A DNA stretch of 64,000 nt, taken from contig CACKXQ010000002.1 in the NCBI GenBank assembly GCA_902604245.1, positions 11,018 through 75,017 on the forward strand, written 5' to 3'. The notes beneath the pieces are model-generated. The model saw nothing but the letters and a program-made list of their open reading frames with translations. It ran no database searches and had not been told where the DNA came from. The position numbers were made by a program, and so were the translations under genes. Shown piece by piece: positions 55,098 through 64,000 of the stretch (position 1 is the first letter of the stretch; the number at the start of each line of letters is the position of its first letter). The stretch comes from an uncultured Pelagibacteraceae bacterium (GTDB lineage Bacteria; Pseudomonadota; Alphaproteobacteria; Pelagibacterales; Pelagibacteraceae).

Positions 55098-55136
55098 ATG
55101 AGTTATTTTCATGAGTATTTATGCTAATATTTATGT

Positions 55137-56852
55137 ATGAATAAATTAAAGTTAATATTAGAAAGTATTAACTCTAGAGATTTAGCAAAAGCACTTAAAC
55201 TTTGTAATGAATATGGAAATGAAGAAAGAGATAATAAACATTTAATTAACAATTTTAAAGGTGTTATTTATTTCCTTGAAGGGAAACTAGATCTTGCAGA
55301 GAATAATTTCTTAAATTCACATTTGTTAAATAGTAATTTTGAAGATCCAATAAAAAATTTATATTTAATTTATTTAAAAAAAAATTATCCAATAAAACTT
55401 TTAGAATTTGCAAAAAAACTTTATGAAATAGATAATGAAAATGATCTATATATTTATCAATTAGCTTATGCTCATGAAATAAATAATAATAATAAGTTAG
55501 CTTTAGAGTTTTATATAAAATGTATTCATCTTAATGGTTCTAATAAAATAAAAGCTCTTAATAATGCAGGTAGTATATATCTTAAAAATAATAAACCTAA
55601 AACCTCAATAAGATTTTTTTTAGATGCTTACAATATTAATAAAAATGACAAGATTTTAATTAATAATTTATTCCTTAATTACATTAACTTAAAAGATATC
55701 AAAAATTCTGATGAATTTTTTAAACTAGCCGAAACCAAAGATGAGAAATATATAGAATTTTTATATAATAAAGCAGAATATAAAATTCTTAAAGAAGAGT
55801 ATGACGAAGCAATAGAAATTCTAACCACCAATAAAAAAATACTTAAATTTAAATTAGCTCTTATTGGTCTTTATTTTAATATGGGCAATGAAAAAGATGC
55901 AAAAAATCTTCTTGATAGCTCCAGAGACGAATTTAAGAATAATATAAATTTTTATAATTATATTGGGATCAGATCTCTGTATGAGGGTAACTTTGAAGAT
56001 GGATGGAAATACTATGAATATAGGGGTTCAAAATTAACGAATATTCTAAGTTCAACTAAAGAATGGAATGGTGAAAATTTAGAGAGAAAAAGCATAGTTG
56101 TTTTTAGTGAACAAGGTTTAGGTGATTCAATACAATTTTCTAAATATATAATTTCACTATGTAAAATATCAAAGAATGTAAGTTTTGTTGTAAATAAAAG
56201 TATCTATAATTTATTTAATAATAGTATTGAAAATTTAAATATTAAAACGATAGAAACTTTGGAAGATAAGAATTTTGATTATAAAATTACATTAGGTTCA
56301 TTAATTAAATTTTTTTATAAAGAAAAATATGATTTCAAAGATATCTTGATTAAAAAAGATGAAGTACAGATAGAAAATTGGAGTAAAAAGATTGATAACT
56401 CTAAACCTAAAGTTGGATTAGTTTGGTCGGGTTCTTTTCATGGTCCAAATCAGCCTTTTAGATCAGTACCTTTAAAAAGTTTAGACAAGATTTTATCTTT
56501 AGATATAAACTTTTATGGATTGCAAAATGAAATATGGGAAAGAGATAAACATTATTTTGAAAATTCTAGTATATTAGATTTTGGAAAATATAATCTAGTA
56601 GAAATCTCATCTATTATAGAAAATTTGGATTTAGTTATATCAGCAGACACGTCTATACTTCATCTTTCTTGTTCTCTTAATAAGGATACATGGGGTATTT
56701 TTAATATATATCCAGATTGGAGGTGGGGTGAGTTTGATAAAATAAACCCTTATCCTTCCTTACAAATGATTAAACAAAAGAAGTTCAACCAATGGGATGA
56801 TGTTGCTGATGAAATATTAAAAAAATTACAACTCAAATTTAATTTAGCTTAG
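55137..56852 (+). CDS. TPR-repeat protein with C-terminal GT9-like glycosyltransferase domain
   Basis: TPR helices; GWKYYEYR, EQGLGDSIQF, VGLVWSG, LDLVISADTS..HL, DWRW. Confidence 0.85.
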   Translation: MNKLKLILESINSRDLAKALKLCNEYGNEERDNKHLINNFKGVIYFLEGKLDLAENNFLNSHLLNSNFEDPIKNLYLIYLKKNYPIKLLEFAKKLYEIDNENDLYIYQLAYAHEINNNNKLALEFYIKCIHLNGSNKIKALNNAGSIYLKNNKPKTSIRFFLDAYNINKNDKILINNLFLNYINLKDIKNSDEFFKLAETKDEKYIEFLYNKAEYKILKEEYDEAIEILTTNKKILKFKLALIGLYFNMGNEKDAKNLLDSSRDEFKNNINFYNYIGIRSLYEGNFEDGWKYYEYRGSKLTNILSSTKEWNGENLERKSIVVFSEQGLGDSIQFSKYIISLCKISKNVSFVVNKSIYNLFNNSIENLNIKTIETLEDKNFDYKITLGSLIKFFYKEKYDFKDILIKKDEVQIENWSKKIDNSKPKVGLVWSGSFHGPNQPFRSVPLKSLDKILSLDINFYGLQNEIWERDKHYFENSSILDFGKYNLVEISSIIENLDLVISADTSILHLSCSLNKDTWGIFNIYPDWRWGEFDKINPYPSLQMIKQKKFNQWDDVADEILKKLQLKFNLA

Positions 56853-57865
56853 TTATTTTCTGAATTATATTGAGGATGTTTAGATTTTGGACGATTTTTA
56901 TGTTTAACAACTATTGATCCATCAACAACTTTAATATCATAACCCCAATTATCCCAACCTCTTAATGATAATGGTTCACCAAGTTTGTCCTCGAGTGTTC
57001 GTGGGTAAACATAACAGCCTTCACTATCTCCATATTGAACTCTCGCTTCTTCCATTTTTTTTTTTACTTCCATGTGTAAGTCTAGTGGAACATTTAAATG
57101 TTGCCCAAGCAAGTAACTTAAATTCATATCTTTACATGCTAAATCCATTGTAAATCCAGCTTCATATTTTTGATTAAAAATGTGAGGCACAACTGTTTCC
57201 CACGCAAAGGAGTTTCCGGCTGAAACTCTAATAGCATCAAAAAAACTCTCTAAGTCTAATCCTGCTCTTTTAGCAATCATCATACACTCAGATGCTGCAA
57301 CCATATTAGTAAATGCGAGCATATTTGATACAACTTTTGCAATAGCTCCTGCCCCTATATCTCCACATAAAACAACTACTTCACCTATCGCGTCCTGTAA
57401 AACTTCTTTCCAATTATTAAAAATTTCTTTATTTCCACCAGCTAAACAAACCATATTATTATTTTGTAAAGCATGAACACCTCCAGTTAGAGTAGCTTCC
57501 AACATTGAAACACTATAGGTTTTTGCTTTTTCTGCCAACTTTTGAGTCTGTTTAAAATCAGTTGTAGATGTGTCTATCCATATCATCTCAGATGTAGCAT
57601 TTTGTAATAATCCATCTTCACCATCAACAGCTTGCAAAACATGCTCTGGTTTTGGTAAACATGTTAGAACTGCACTACATTTGCCAGCAAGATCTTTGAT
57701 AGAATTAGCTTTACTAATATCTTTTGGAACATCATTGAGTTTATTTTTATCAATATCAAAGGCTACAAGGTTATACTTCTTTGATTTGTATAAATTATTT
57801 AAAATTGGTGTACCAGCATTTCCTAAGCCAATCACCCCTATTGTTATGATATCGCTCATGATCAC
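56849..57865 (-). CDS. NAD(P)-dependent oxidoreductase, 3-hydroxyisobutyrate dehydrogenase family
   Basis: GVIGLGNAG, IDTST, G.G..AKVVSN, GFTMDLACKD. Confidence 0.88.
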   Translation of the reverse strand: MIMSDIITIGVIGLGNAGTPILNNLYKSKKYNLVAFDIDKNKLNDVPKDISKANSIKDLAGKCSAVLTCLPKPEHVLQAVDGEDGLLQNATSEMIWIDTSTTDFKQTQKLAEKAKTYSVSMLEATLTGGVHALQNNNMVCLAGGNKEIFNNWKEVLQDAIGEVVVLCGDIGAGAIAKVVSNMLAFTNMVAASECMMIAKRAGLDLESFFDAIRVSAGNSFAWETVVPHIFNQKYEAGFTMDLACKDMNLSYLLGQHLNVPLDLHMEVKKKMEEARVQYGDSEGCYVYPRTLEDKLGEPLSLRGWDNWGYDIKVVDGSIVVKHKNRPKSKHPQYNSENN

Positions 57866-57877
57866 TCCTTTCGTAAT

Positions 57878-58660
57878 TTAAATAAATGTTGAAGTTACAT
57901 CTCCAAAAGCTGATGAGGTAACTTCAATCAACTTTTTTTCATTAATTGGAACAGGAAATCCATATGCCCCAGTTAAAATTAAATCGTTTTTTTTCAAAAT
58001 ATTATTTGTTTTTGATTTATCTTTCACTAACCACTCTATTTCTCTAAGCATATCAAAAGGCCATTTTTTATCTATCCACTTATCAACTACTTCATTGTCA
58101 TAAACAAGTTTAAGATCTGTAATTTCATCGTTGTTTGGAACCTTATTTTCATCACCTAAAATAATTCCAGCATGAATTGCATTATTGGCTAAAAGCTCAG
58201 CACCATGAGGTTCATTACCATAAAAAACTAAATTATGTATTTCTATTAAGGGATAAATTGATTTAACAGACTTCAATATATAATCAAATGAAACTAAATC
58301 AGGATTAATATCTCTATTAAGTATTACTCCAAATTCTGCTTCCATAGCTGGATTAGAATAATCTTTTTTATTAAGTTCTACTCCAGTTTGATGCAGTTCA
58401 CTATTCCAAAGAAATCCACTTGCTGGATGAGTAAAGCCCATTTTTTTTTGAGTATCATTTGAAACACAACCAATTTTATAACCAATAATTTCCTCACCTC
58501 TTTTAAGTCTTAAATCGGCGACTTTAGATTGGATTAGTAAAGCATTTTTATTACTTATTAATACTTTGTCTTTAAATAACTGACTGGGGTTTTTTGCGTC
58601 GTAATCTTCAAGAATTTTATTTGAATATAAATCTAATTCTTTTGAAGATAAGTTGCTCAT
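57878..58660 (-). CDS. 2-keto-4-pentenoate hydratase-like (FAA hydrolase family)
   Basis: GYKIG, EAEFG, LILTG. Confidence 0.8.
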   Translation of the reverse strand: MSNLSSKELDLYSNKILEDYDAKNPSQLFKDKVLISNKNALLIQSKVADLRLKRGEEIIGYKIGCVSNDTQKKMGFTHPASGFLWNSELHQTGVELNKKDYSNPAMEAEFGVILNRDINPDLVSFDYILKSVKSIYPLIEIHNLVFYGNEPHGAELLANNAIHAGIILGDENKVPNNDEITDLKLVYDNEVVDKWIDKKWPFDMLREIEWLVKDKSKTNNILKKNDLILTGAYGFPVPINEKKLIEVTSSAFGDVTSTFI

Positions 58661-59049
58661 TAAATAAGTAAAACAACTAAAAATATCATCTGAATAAAAT
58701 TAATCACAACAGATATAAAGTGTGAATATTTAAATTTTTTATCCTGCTTTTCATCTCTATATTTATTAATCAAAGGCATTAATAAGTAATTTGAGGTAGC
58801 AAATAAAAGTGTTATTACTAAAATTAAGTAAAAATCTAAACTTAGTTTACTTAAGAATAAAAATGTAATTAGAACAATTAAACTAATTCCCAAATTTACA
58901 TTATAATAAAAAGGAAATATTTTTCTTATAAACTTTCGAGCATTAGCTTCATCTAAAGTAGTAAATACTACTGGAGCAATAACAAATGAAAAAAATAACA
59001 TTATTCCCAAAATCATTGCTATCAAATAAATACTAATTTGTTCGATCAT
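58660..59049 (-). CDS. DUF4149-like membrane protein
   Basis: FFSFVIAPVVF..L....A.KF.R.IFP.YY; F...H..SV..N. Confidence 0.75.
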   Translation of the reverse strand: MIEQISIYLIAMILGIMLFFSFVIAPVVFTTLDEANARKFIRKIFPFYYNVNLGISLIVLITFLFLSKLSLDFYLILVITLLFATSNYLLMPLINKYRDEKQDKKFKYSHFISVVINFIQMIFLVVLLI

Positions 59050-59052
59050 AAT

Positions 59053-59238
59053 TTAGTTTTCTATTGAATTTTCTTCTTTCATTAATATTGGTCTTCCGTC
59101 ATGTGCTGTATTAAGAGGTATTATTTTGCCTTTATATTTTGCACACAAAGTTGGGGCACTTCTAACTTCTTCACCTAATCTTACTTCAAGATCAACAATA
59201 ACTAATTTTGCATCTTCTAATTCTTTTAATATTCTCAT
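59053..59238 (-). CDS. Hypothetical protein
   Basis: 61-aa ORF in operon context, AGGA RBS. Confidence 0.65.
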   Translation of the reverse strand: MRILKELEDAKLVIVDLEVRLGEEVRSAPTLCAKYKGKIIPLNTAHDGRPILMKEENSIEN

Positions 59239-59265
59239 CTAAGTCCTTTTGTTAATTTGTTTAAT

Positions 59266-59709
59266 TTAATGACAGGCCTGATTATGTTTTTTAAGTCTCC
59301 AATAATTATATGGCCATGGTGTTATAAATCCAACCGCTAACATTATAGGTACAACCCACCAGGTAAGCATTGCACCGCCTGTTAATACATAATCTGTAAT
59401 ATTCATAGCAACTTCCATACTTATCATAGAAATAAAGCTCATTCCTAATGCAGTTTTTAATGCTTTTTGAAAAGTAAAGTTTTGTTTAATTAAAATAAAT
59501 GTCTCTAAAATTACACTTGTAATTAAACCATTAATTATTGCTAAAATCATAATACTTAGAACTGGGAAAGGAATTTTAGTTAATTGAAAAAATAATATCG
59601 TTCCAAAATCACCAATAGCACAACCTAGCAAACACCAAGCAGTATTCTTAGCACTTCTTCTCCAGGTATGTTTACATTTCCAATTAAAACTTATTGCTTC
59701 AGCACTCAT
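59266..59709 (-). CDS. DUF4396-like membrane protein
   Basis: T.WCLLGCAIGD, SMISMEVAMN, PWPYNYW. Confidence 0.8.
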   Translation of the reverse strand: MSAEAISFNWKCKHTWRRSAKNTAWCLLGCAIGDFGTILFFQLTKIPFPVLSIMILAIINGLITSVILETFILIKQNFTFQKALKTALGMSFISMISMEVAMNITDYVLTGGAMLTWWVVPIMLAVGFITPWPYNYWRLKKHNQACH

Positions 59710-59898
59710 TTATTTAATATTTAAAGGATGTATTTATCGCCAAGATACATTGCAAAAGCAATTGCAGCACCTAATAAAATATATTTCATATATTAACCTT
59801 ATATCTAAATTAATCTGTGTTTAAAATGTGATATTTTTTCATAATCACAACGAAATTAGAACCTAATTAAAACAAATCATTATTTTAAAAATAGAATC

Positions 59899-60471
59899 AT
59901 GAGATTATCATTATTCTTTTTTCTTCATTTAGTTGTTTTCGTTATCCTCTTAATTGTCCATCCACATGCTCGTGCAGATGATGGCTGGACAATTATAGAA
60001 AAAGATAAGAATTTTATTTACTTGTCAAAATATGGAGAATTTATTCATGGTGACAGGATTATATTATCATTACCTTATGAAGACTGTGATAAGGTGTATC
60101 ATCTATTTACTTTTTTGACTACAAAGGCAAATAAAAATATTTATCAATTTAAAAATCAAAAAATTCCAATAACAATTAATAATTATGATTTTTTTGCTGA
60201 ATTAACTTATATTGAAAAAATTCTTAATGATAGGGCTCATTGGGTTGTCTTTAAACTTGGAGGATATGAAACTAAGGAATATGCAAAGTTGCTAGCTGGA
60301 TTTATTAAAGATAATGAACAATACGAAATCTCATTATCAGATGGTTTGAATTTTGAGGTAGAAAAATACTTCGACATCACAAGAAATAATTGGAAACTAG
60401 ATAATATTCTAGAAAAGTTTGACGAGGTTTACAAACTTTGTAAAGCAAAAACATTTTTTAAGGAAAGTTAA
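59899..60471 (+). CDS. Hypothetical secreted protein
   Basis: Signal peptide ending ARA. Confidence 0.7.
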   Translation: MRLSLFFFLHLVVFVILLIVHPHARADDGWTIIEKDKNFIYLSKYGEFIHGDRIILSLPYEDCDKVYHLFTFLTTKANKNIYQFKNQKIPITINNYDFFAELTYIEKILNDRAHWVVFKLGGYETKEYAKLLAGFIKDNEQYEISLSDGLNFEVEKYFDITRNNWKLDNILEKFDEVYKLCKAKTFFKES

Positions 60472-60533
60472 ATGTTTGTTGGTATGGAAGCATTAATTTT
60501 AATTAGTTTGTTTGGAATAATTTTTTAACAAGT

Positions 60534-60767
60534 TTATCTTAAGGGATCACAAGCCCAATCTTCCATCATAGCTTCCATTACACCTATTGCAAAGTTCCCA
60601 GAATTTGATTTTGCTCTTGCTTGACTATTTTTATTTTTTTCAATTTGAGCTTTACACTCCATATCTACACGTTCTTTAGTTCTGTATTTATAAGGAATTG
60701 TATTTGCCTCTTTTGTAGAGCATCCATATGTAAAAATTAACAAAAAGATAAAAGATAAAAATTTCAT
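60534..60767 (-). CDS. Small putative lipoprotein
   Basis: Lipobox-like FTYGC. Confidence 0.65.
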   Translation of the reverse strand: MKFLSFIFLLIFTYGCSTKEANTIPYKYRTKERVDMECKAQIEKNKNSQARAKSNSGNFAIGVMEAMMEDWACDPLR

Positions 60768-60770
60768 ATT

Positions 60771-61046
60771 TCAATATTGTGAAGTGCTACAATAAGCTCC
60801 GTAAATATTAGCACCTCTAATTGCTGCCATACAAGAACTGTAACTTGAGTAAGGTCCATAAGATTGTCCTTGATATTTTACATAATAATAAGTTTTATAT
60901 GGATTCTGGTATTTAGTGTTGTGACAATGATAGTTAGCTGTTGCATAATTCATATGACAGCCTCCTGCATTAGTATTTCCTGAATGAGAATTCGCATTTA
61001 CATTAAAGCTTATAAGTGTAACGAATGTTAAAATAATAAATTTCAT
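60771..61046 (-). CDS. YHYH-domain-like secreted protein
   Basis: Signal peptide then SHSG.T...GCH........YHCH. Confidence 0.75.
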   Translation of the reverse strand: MKFIILTFVTLISFNVNANSHSGNTNAGGCHMNYATANYHCHNTKYQNPYKTYYYVKYQGQSYGPYSSYSSCMAAIRGANIYGAYCSTSQY

Positions 61047-61943
61047 TTACATTTTTTGCAATTGATAAATTGAAACATAATGCTTCTTCTTTGGCAATGG
61101 AATAATTACGGGTACATCTGTGCATCTTGGGACTATTGATTTTTTTCCATAAATAATATTTGCATCATAATTTTCAAAGTTTGTCTCTGGATGAGGATTG
61201 CCATCATTAATAATAGGCCATGCATCGCAAGCTCTATAACCAAATAATATTAAAGGTCTAGAACCATTAGTATGATTTAATCCAGAGCCATGTATTGTTC
61301 GACAATGAAAGAATGCAACCGAGCCTGCTTTTCCAGTTAAAGAAACAGATTTTTTTAAATTAATTTTGTTTTTTTTAGTATTAATTTTACCTACAAAGTA
61401 ATTATCATTACTATGATGACTAAATAGTTCTTTTTTATGAGAACCTTTAATAACTTTTAAAGGACCATTTTTTTCATCACAATCTTCTAGGTAAATACCT
61501 ACTGTAATTAAATCATCATTTGTATGAGGATAAAAAGCAAAATCTTGATGCCATTCAACTAGACTTCCTTTTTTCTTGTTAGGTAACTTAAAATTTAATT
61601 TTCCAAGATGAAATCTTACTGTTCCACCAATAAGCTTTTTAACAATATCAATAATTTTTTTATTTCTTGATAAATCATAAAATAATTTATTATTATTTTG
61701 AGGGTTATTTAATCTAAGTATTTCTTTATTTTTTGAAGAGTTACTATTGAATACGAAATGATAATTATTGTAACTTTGAGTTCCACCTTGGTCTTTAACT
61801 TTTTTTTTACTGTTTTTTTCCTTTGTTAAAATCTTATTAATAAGGGAATTTAATTTATTGATATCTTTCTTTGAAATAAGCTCATCTTTTAATAAGTAGC
61901 CATTTTTTTTGTAGAAGTTACTTTCAGATCTAGTGATACTCAT
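61047..61943 (-). CDS. Phytanoyl-CoA dioxygenase family (Fe/2OG) protein
   Basis: WHQD, NGPL.VIKGSH, HCRTIHGS..N....SR. Confidence 0.9.
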   Translation of the reverse strand: MSITRSESNFYKKNGYLLKDELISKKDINKLNSLINKILTKEKNSKKKVKDQGGTQSYNNYHFVFNSNSSKNKEILRLNNPQNNNKLFYDLSRNKKIIDIVKKLIGGTVRFHLGKLNFKLPNKKKGSLVEWHQDFAFYPHTNDDLITVGIYLEDCDEKNGPLKVIKGSHKKELFSHHSNDNYFVGKINTKKNKINLKKSVSLTGKAGSVAFFHCRTIHGSGLNHTNGSRPLILFGYRACDAWPIINDGNPHPETNFENYDANIIYGKKSIVPRCTDVPVIIPLPKKKHYVSIYQLQKM

Positions 61944-61952
61944 TAGTAAATC

Positions 61953-62264
61953 TTATAATAAAAATATAATAATCCAATACGAAAATAATCCAGATATTAT
62001 TGTAGCTATTACATTTCTTGAAAAATAACCAACCAATATAGCGACTATTGCCCCAAAGATTTTAGGATCATTCATTTCTATAAAAGTTCCATAATCATTT
62101 ATAAATATTCCTGGAAATATTATTGCTGGAAATACTGCAGATGGAACATATGCTAAAACTGCTTTTACTCTTTCTCCTAGTAGATCCCTATCTACTAAAG
62201 CAACCATAGTCATTCTCATAAAGTAAGTAATTATGCCTGCAATTATAATTGTAAACCAAGTCAT
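61953..62264 (-). CDS. azlD: AzlD-family membrane protein
   Basis: GIITY..R, L.YVP.AV..A; adjacent to azlC. Confidence 0.8.
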   Translation of the reverse strand: MTWFTIIIAGIITYFMRMTMVALVDRDLLGERVKAVLAYVPSAVFPAIIFPGIFINDYGTFIEMNDPKIFGAIVAILVGYFSRNVIATIISGLFSYWIIIFLL

Positions 62265-62947
62265 TTTTTTAATCTCAAAACTAATGCAGCAACAAATAAT
62301 GCAATTATAGGTGAAATGATTATGTAAGATTTAAAAGGTGCATCAAAAAATAATAAAGAACTTAAACCACATGTAATCATAACTATTACATGATCTAATT
62401 TTTTAATATCTTGAACAACAATTGCGATAAAAGTTAAAGGAACTGCAAATTTCAATCCTAATTCCTCAGGTACAAAAGAGCCAAGAATTATTCCAGCAAG
62501 TGTAGATATCTGCCAACAAACCCATAGAGTTCCACCACTTCCTAATAAATGATAATGAAGATGTGTTTCATTTCTATTTTTTTGAAAAAACTTATTAGAC
62601 TCTGCAAATCCTTGGTCTACAACCAAGTAAGATATCAAAAGCTTTTTGATAAATGATAATTTTTCTAAATATTCAGATAAAACTGCCCCATATAATAAGT
62701 GTCTAGAATTAATTACCCCTACTGAAGTTACAGCAATTAATGCAGAAGCTCCTCCAGAAAGAAGTTGCAAAAATACAATTTGAGAAGCTCCCCCAAATAT
62801 AATGATAGACATTGCATAAACTAATACTGGACTAAAACCTAACTCAATACCAATTGCTCCACATACAATTCCAAACGGAATTACTGAAAACATATGCGGT
62901 GCTACAGCCAATATTCCTTTAGAAAATATTTGTTTTTTAGAGAGCAT
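62261..62947 (-). CDS. azlC: AzlC-family branched-chain amino acid exporter
   Basis: MS.IIFGGASQ, INSRHLLY, W...TLAG. Confidence 0.88.
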   Translation of the reverse strand: MLSKKQIFSKGILAVAPHMFSVIPFGIVCGAIGIELGFSPVLVYAMSIIIFGGASQIVFLQLLSGGASALIAVTSVGVINSRHLLYGAVLSEYLEKLSFIKKLLISYLVVDQGFAESNKFFQKNRNETHLHYHLLGSGGTLWVCWQISTLAGIILGSFVPEELGLKFAVPLTFIAIVVQDIKKLDHVIVMITCGLSSLLFFDAPFKSYIIISPIIALFVAALVLRLKK

Positions 62948-63355
62948 TTACTTTACTGGTTGTAAGGCTATTTTTAGGTATTTGGTGTCTAACTTGCAAT
63001 CTTTGTATCCTCGTTTAACAACATTTAAATATCTTTCAGTTGGATATCTAAATTCTGTTTTGTTTACCATAATGTAAGTCATCACTATTTTATTGTAATA
63101 GGTGAAATAAAGTTTTTTATAAAGAATTGGATAATCTTCATAGACATCTAGTTTTTTTTCATCACTTTTTGATATTTCAAATAAAGCACCAGGAACTAAT
63201 GAATTTTTGCTTTTCTCAATATCTGCTGCTCTATATTTACTTCTAAAGTTTAATCTGTAGCCTTTGAGTTCATATTTTTTTATAAAAATAGAGTCTTTAC
63301 ATCTCCGCTTCATTTGAAAAAGATTAAGATTACTTCCGTAAGCAAAATATAACAT
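62948..63355 (-). CDS. Gamma-glutamylcyclotransferase family
   Basis: YFAYGSNL, LDVYE.YP..Y. Confidence 0.88.
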   Translation of the reverse strand: MLYFAYGSNLNLFQMKRRCKDSIFIKKYELKGYRLNFRSKYRAADIEKSKNSLVPGALFEISKSDEKKLDVYEDYPILYKKLYFTYYNKIVMTYIMVNKTEFRYPTERYLNVVKRGYKDCKLDTKYLKIALQPVK

Positions 63356-64000
63356 TACTCTAGTTCAACTATTTTAATATTTTTTGCTTTTACAAATTCA
63401 AGGATTAGTGAGTTACATAGGTTTATTTTATCTTGATCTTTTGATCTTAATACAATTGATACACCTAATTTACCTTGTCTAAAAAAAGGATAACTACCAA
63501 TCTCTACATCTTTATTATTATCTTGAACATTAGTTAGTGAACTTGCTATCTCACTTTCATAAGTCATCAAATTTATAGTCTTACTAAGAATTGGATCACC
63601 ACCCACCAATACATTACCAAGTCCACCAATCATTGCTTTTAAAATTGAAGGAACACCTGGAAGGGAAAAAACATTTTCTACATAAAATCCAGGAGCGCCA
63701 CTTGTTGGATTTAAAATAAGATTAGCTGTAACCGGCATTTTTGCCATTTTTTGTCTACCATCATTAAAATTACCTGGTTCGTAATATTTTTCTAGAATTG
63801 CAAATGCCTCTTTATGAAATCCATATTCAATATTGAAAGCTTTTGATATTGATTCTGCAGTTATATCATCATGAGTTGGTCCAATGCCACCTGTAGTAAA
63901 CACATAGTTGTATTTAACTCTTAACTCATGAACAGTGTCTATTATGATCTTTTCCACATCAGGAATTACTCTTACTTCTCCAACAGAAATTCCTAGAGAA
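63355..64000 (-). CDS. CinA-like molybdopterin-binding protein (5' end beyond window)
   Basis: FTTGGIGPTHDDIT, LPGVP, IGSYP. Confidence 0.88.
   Translation of the reverse strand, partial: SLGISVGEVRVIPDVEKIIIDTVHELRVKYNYVFTTGGIGPTHDDITAESISKAFNIEYGFHKEAFAILEKYYEPGNFNDGRQKMAKMPVTANLILNPTSGAPGFYVENVFSLPGVPSILKAMIGGLGNVLVGGDPILSKTINLMTYESEIASSLTNVQDNNKDVEIGSYPFFRQGKLGVSIVLRSKDQDKINLCNSLILEFVKAKNIKIVELE

Noticed and set aside
60472-60528. 18-aa hydrophobic ORF MFVGMEALILISLFGIIF
   Set aside because: Too short and expected by chance in T-rich DNA; no independent support.

Overview
AT-rich (visibly low-GC), gene-dense alphaproteobacterial chromosome segment; gene order and protein sequences fit SAR11/Pelagibacterales (inference). 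1-43.5 kb is core genome: gatCA, yqgF, pyrB/pyrC', plsY, topA, ugd/galU, panC, mgtE, lipB, the alpha/spc/S10/str ribosomal cluster, rpoBC, tuf and tRNA-Trp/Gly/Tyr/Thr. The notable region is 46.7-55.1 kb: a tandem array of three small integrase-less cassettes (1784, 1699 and 4790 bp, core to core) inserted at the anticodon loop of tRNA-Leu(TAA). They are separated by copies of the tRNA 5' half, not the usual 3' half. Each cassette has the same end architecture (tRNA promoter, inverted 13-bp motif, three 10-bp-phased RGACT boxes). Each also has its own pair of 11-bp tandem repeats, matched at its two ends and different between cassettes, at near-fixed distances from the core. This looks like an integron-like array of non-autonomous cassettes mobilised in trans. 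The terminal 5' half carries two acceptor-stem mutations, so a fully emptied site would yield a defective tRNA. 55-64 kb holds metabolic, membrane and small secreted-protein genes.
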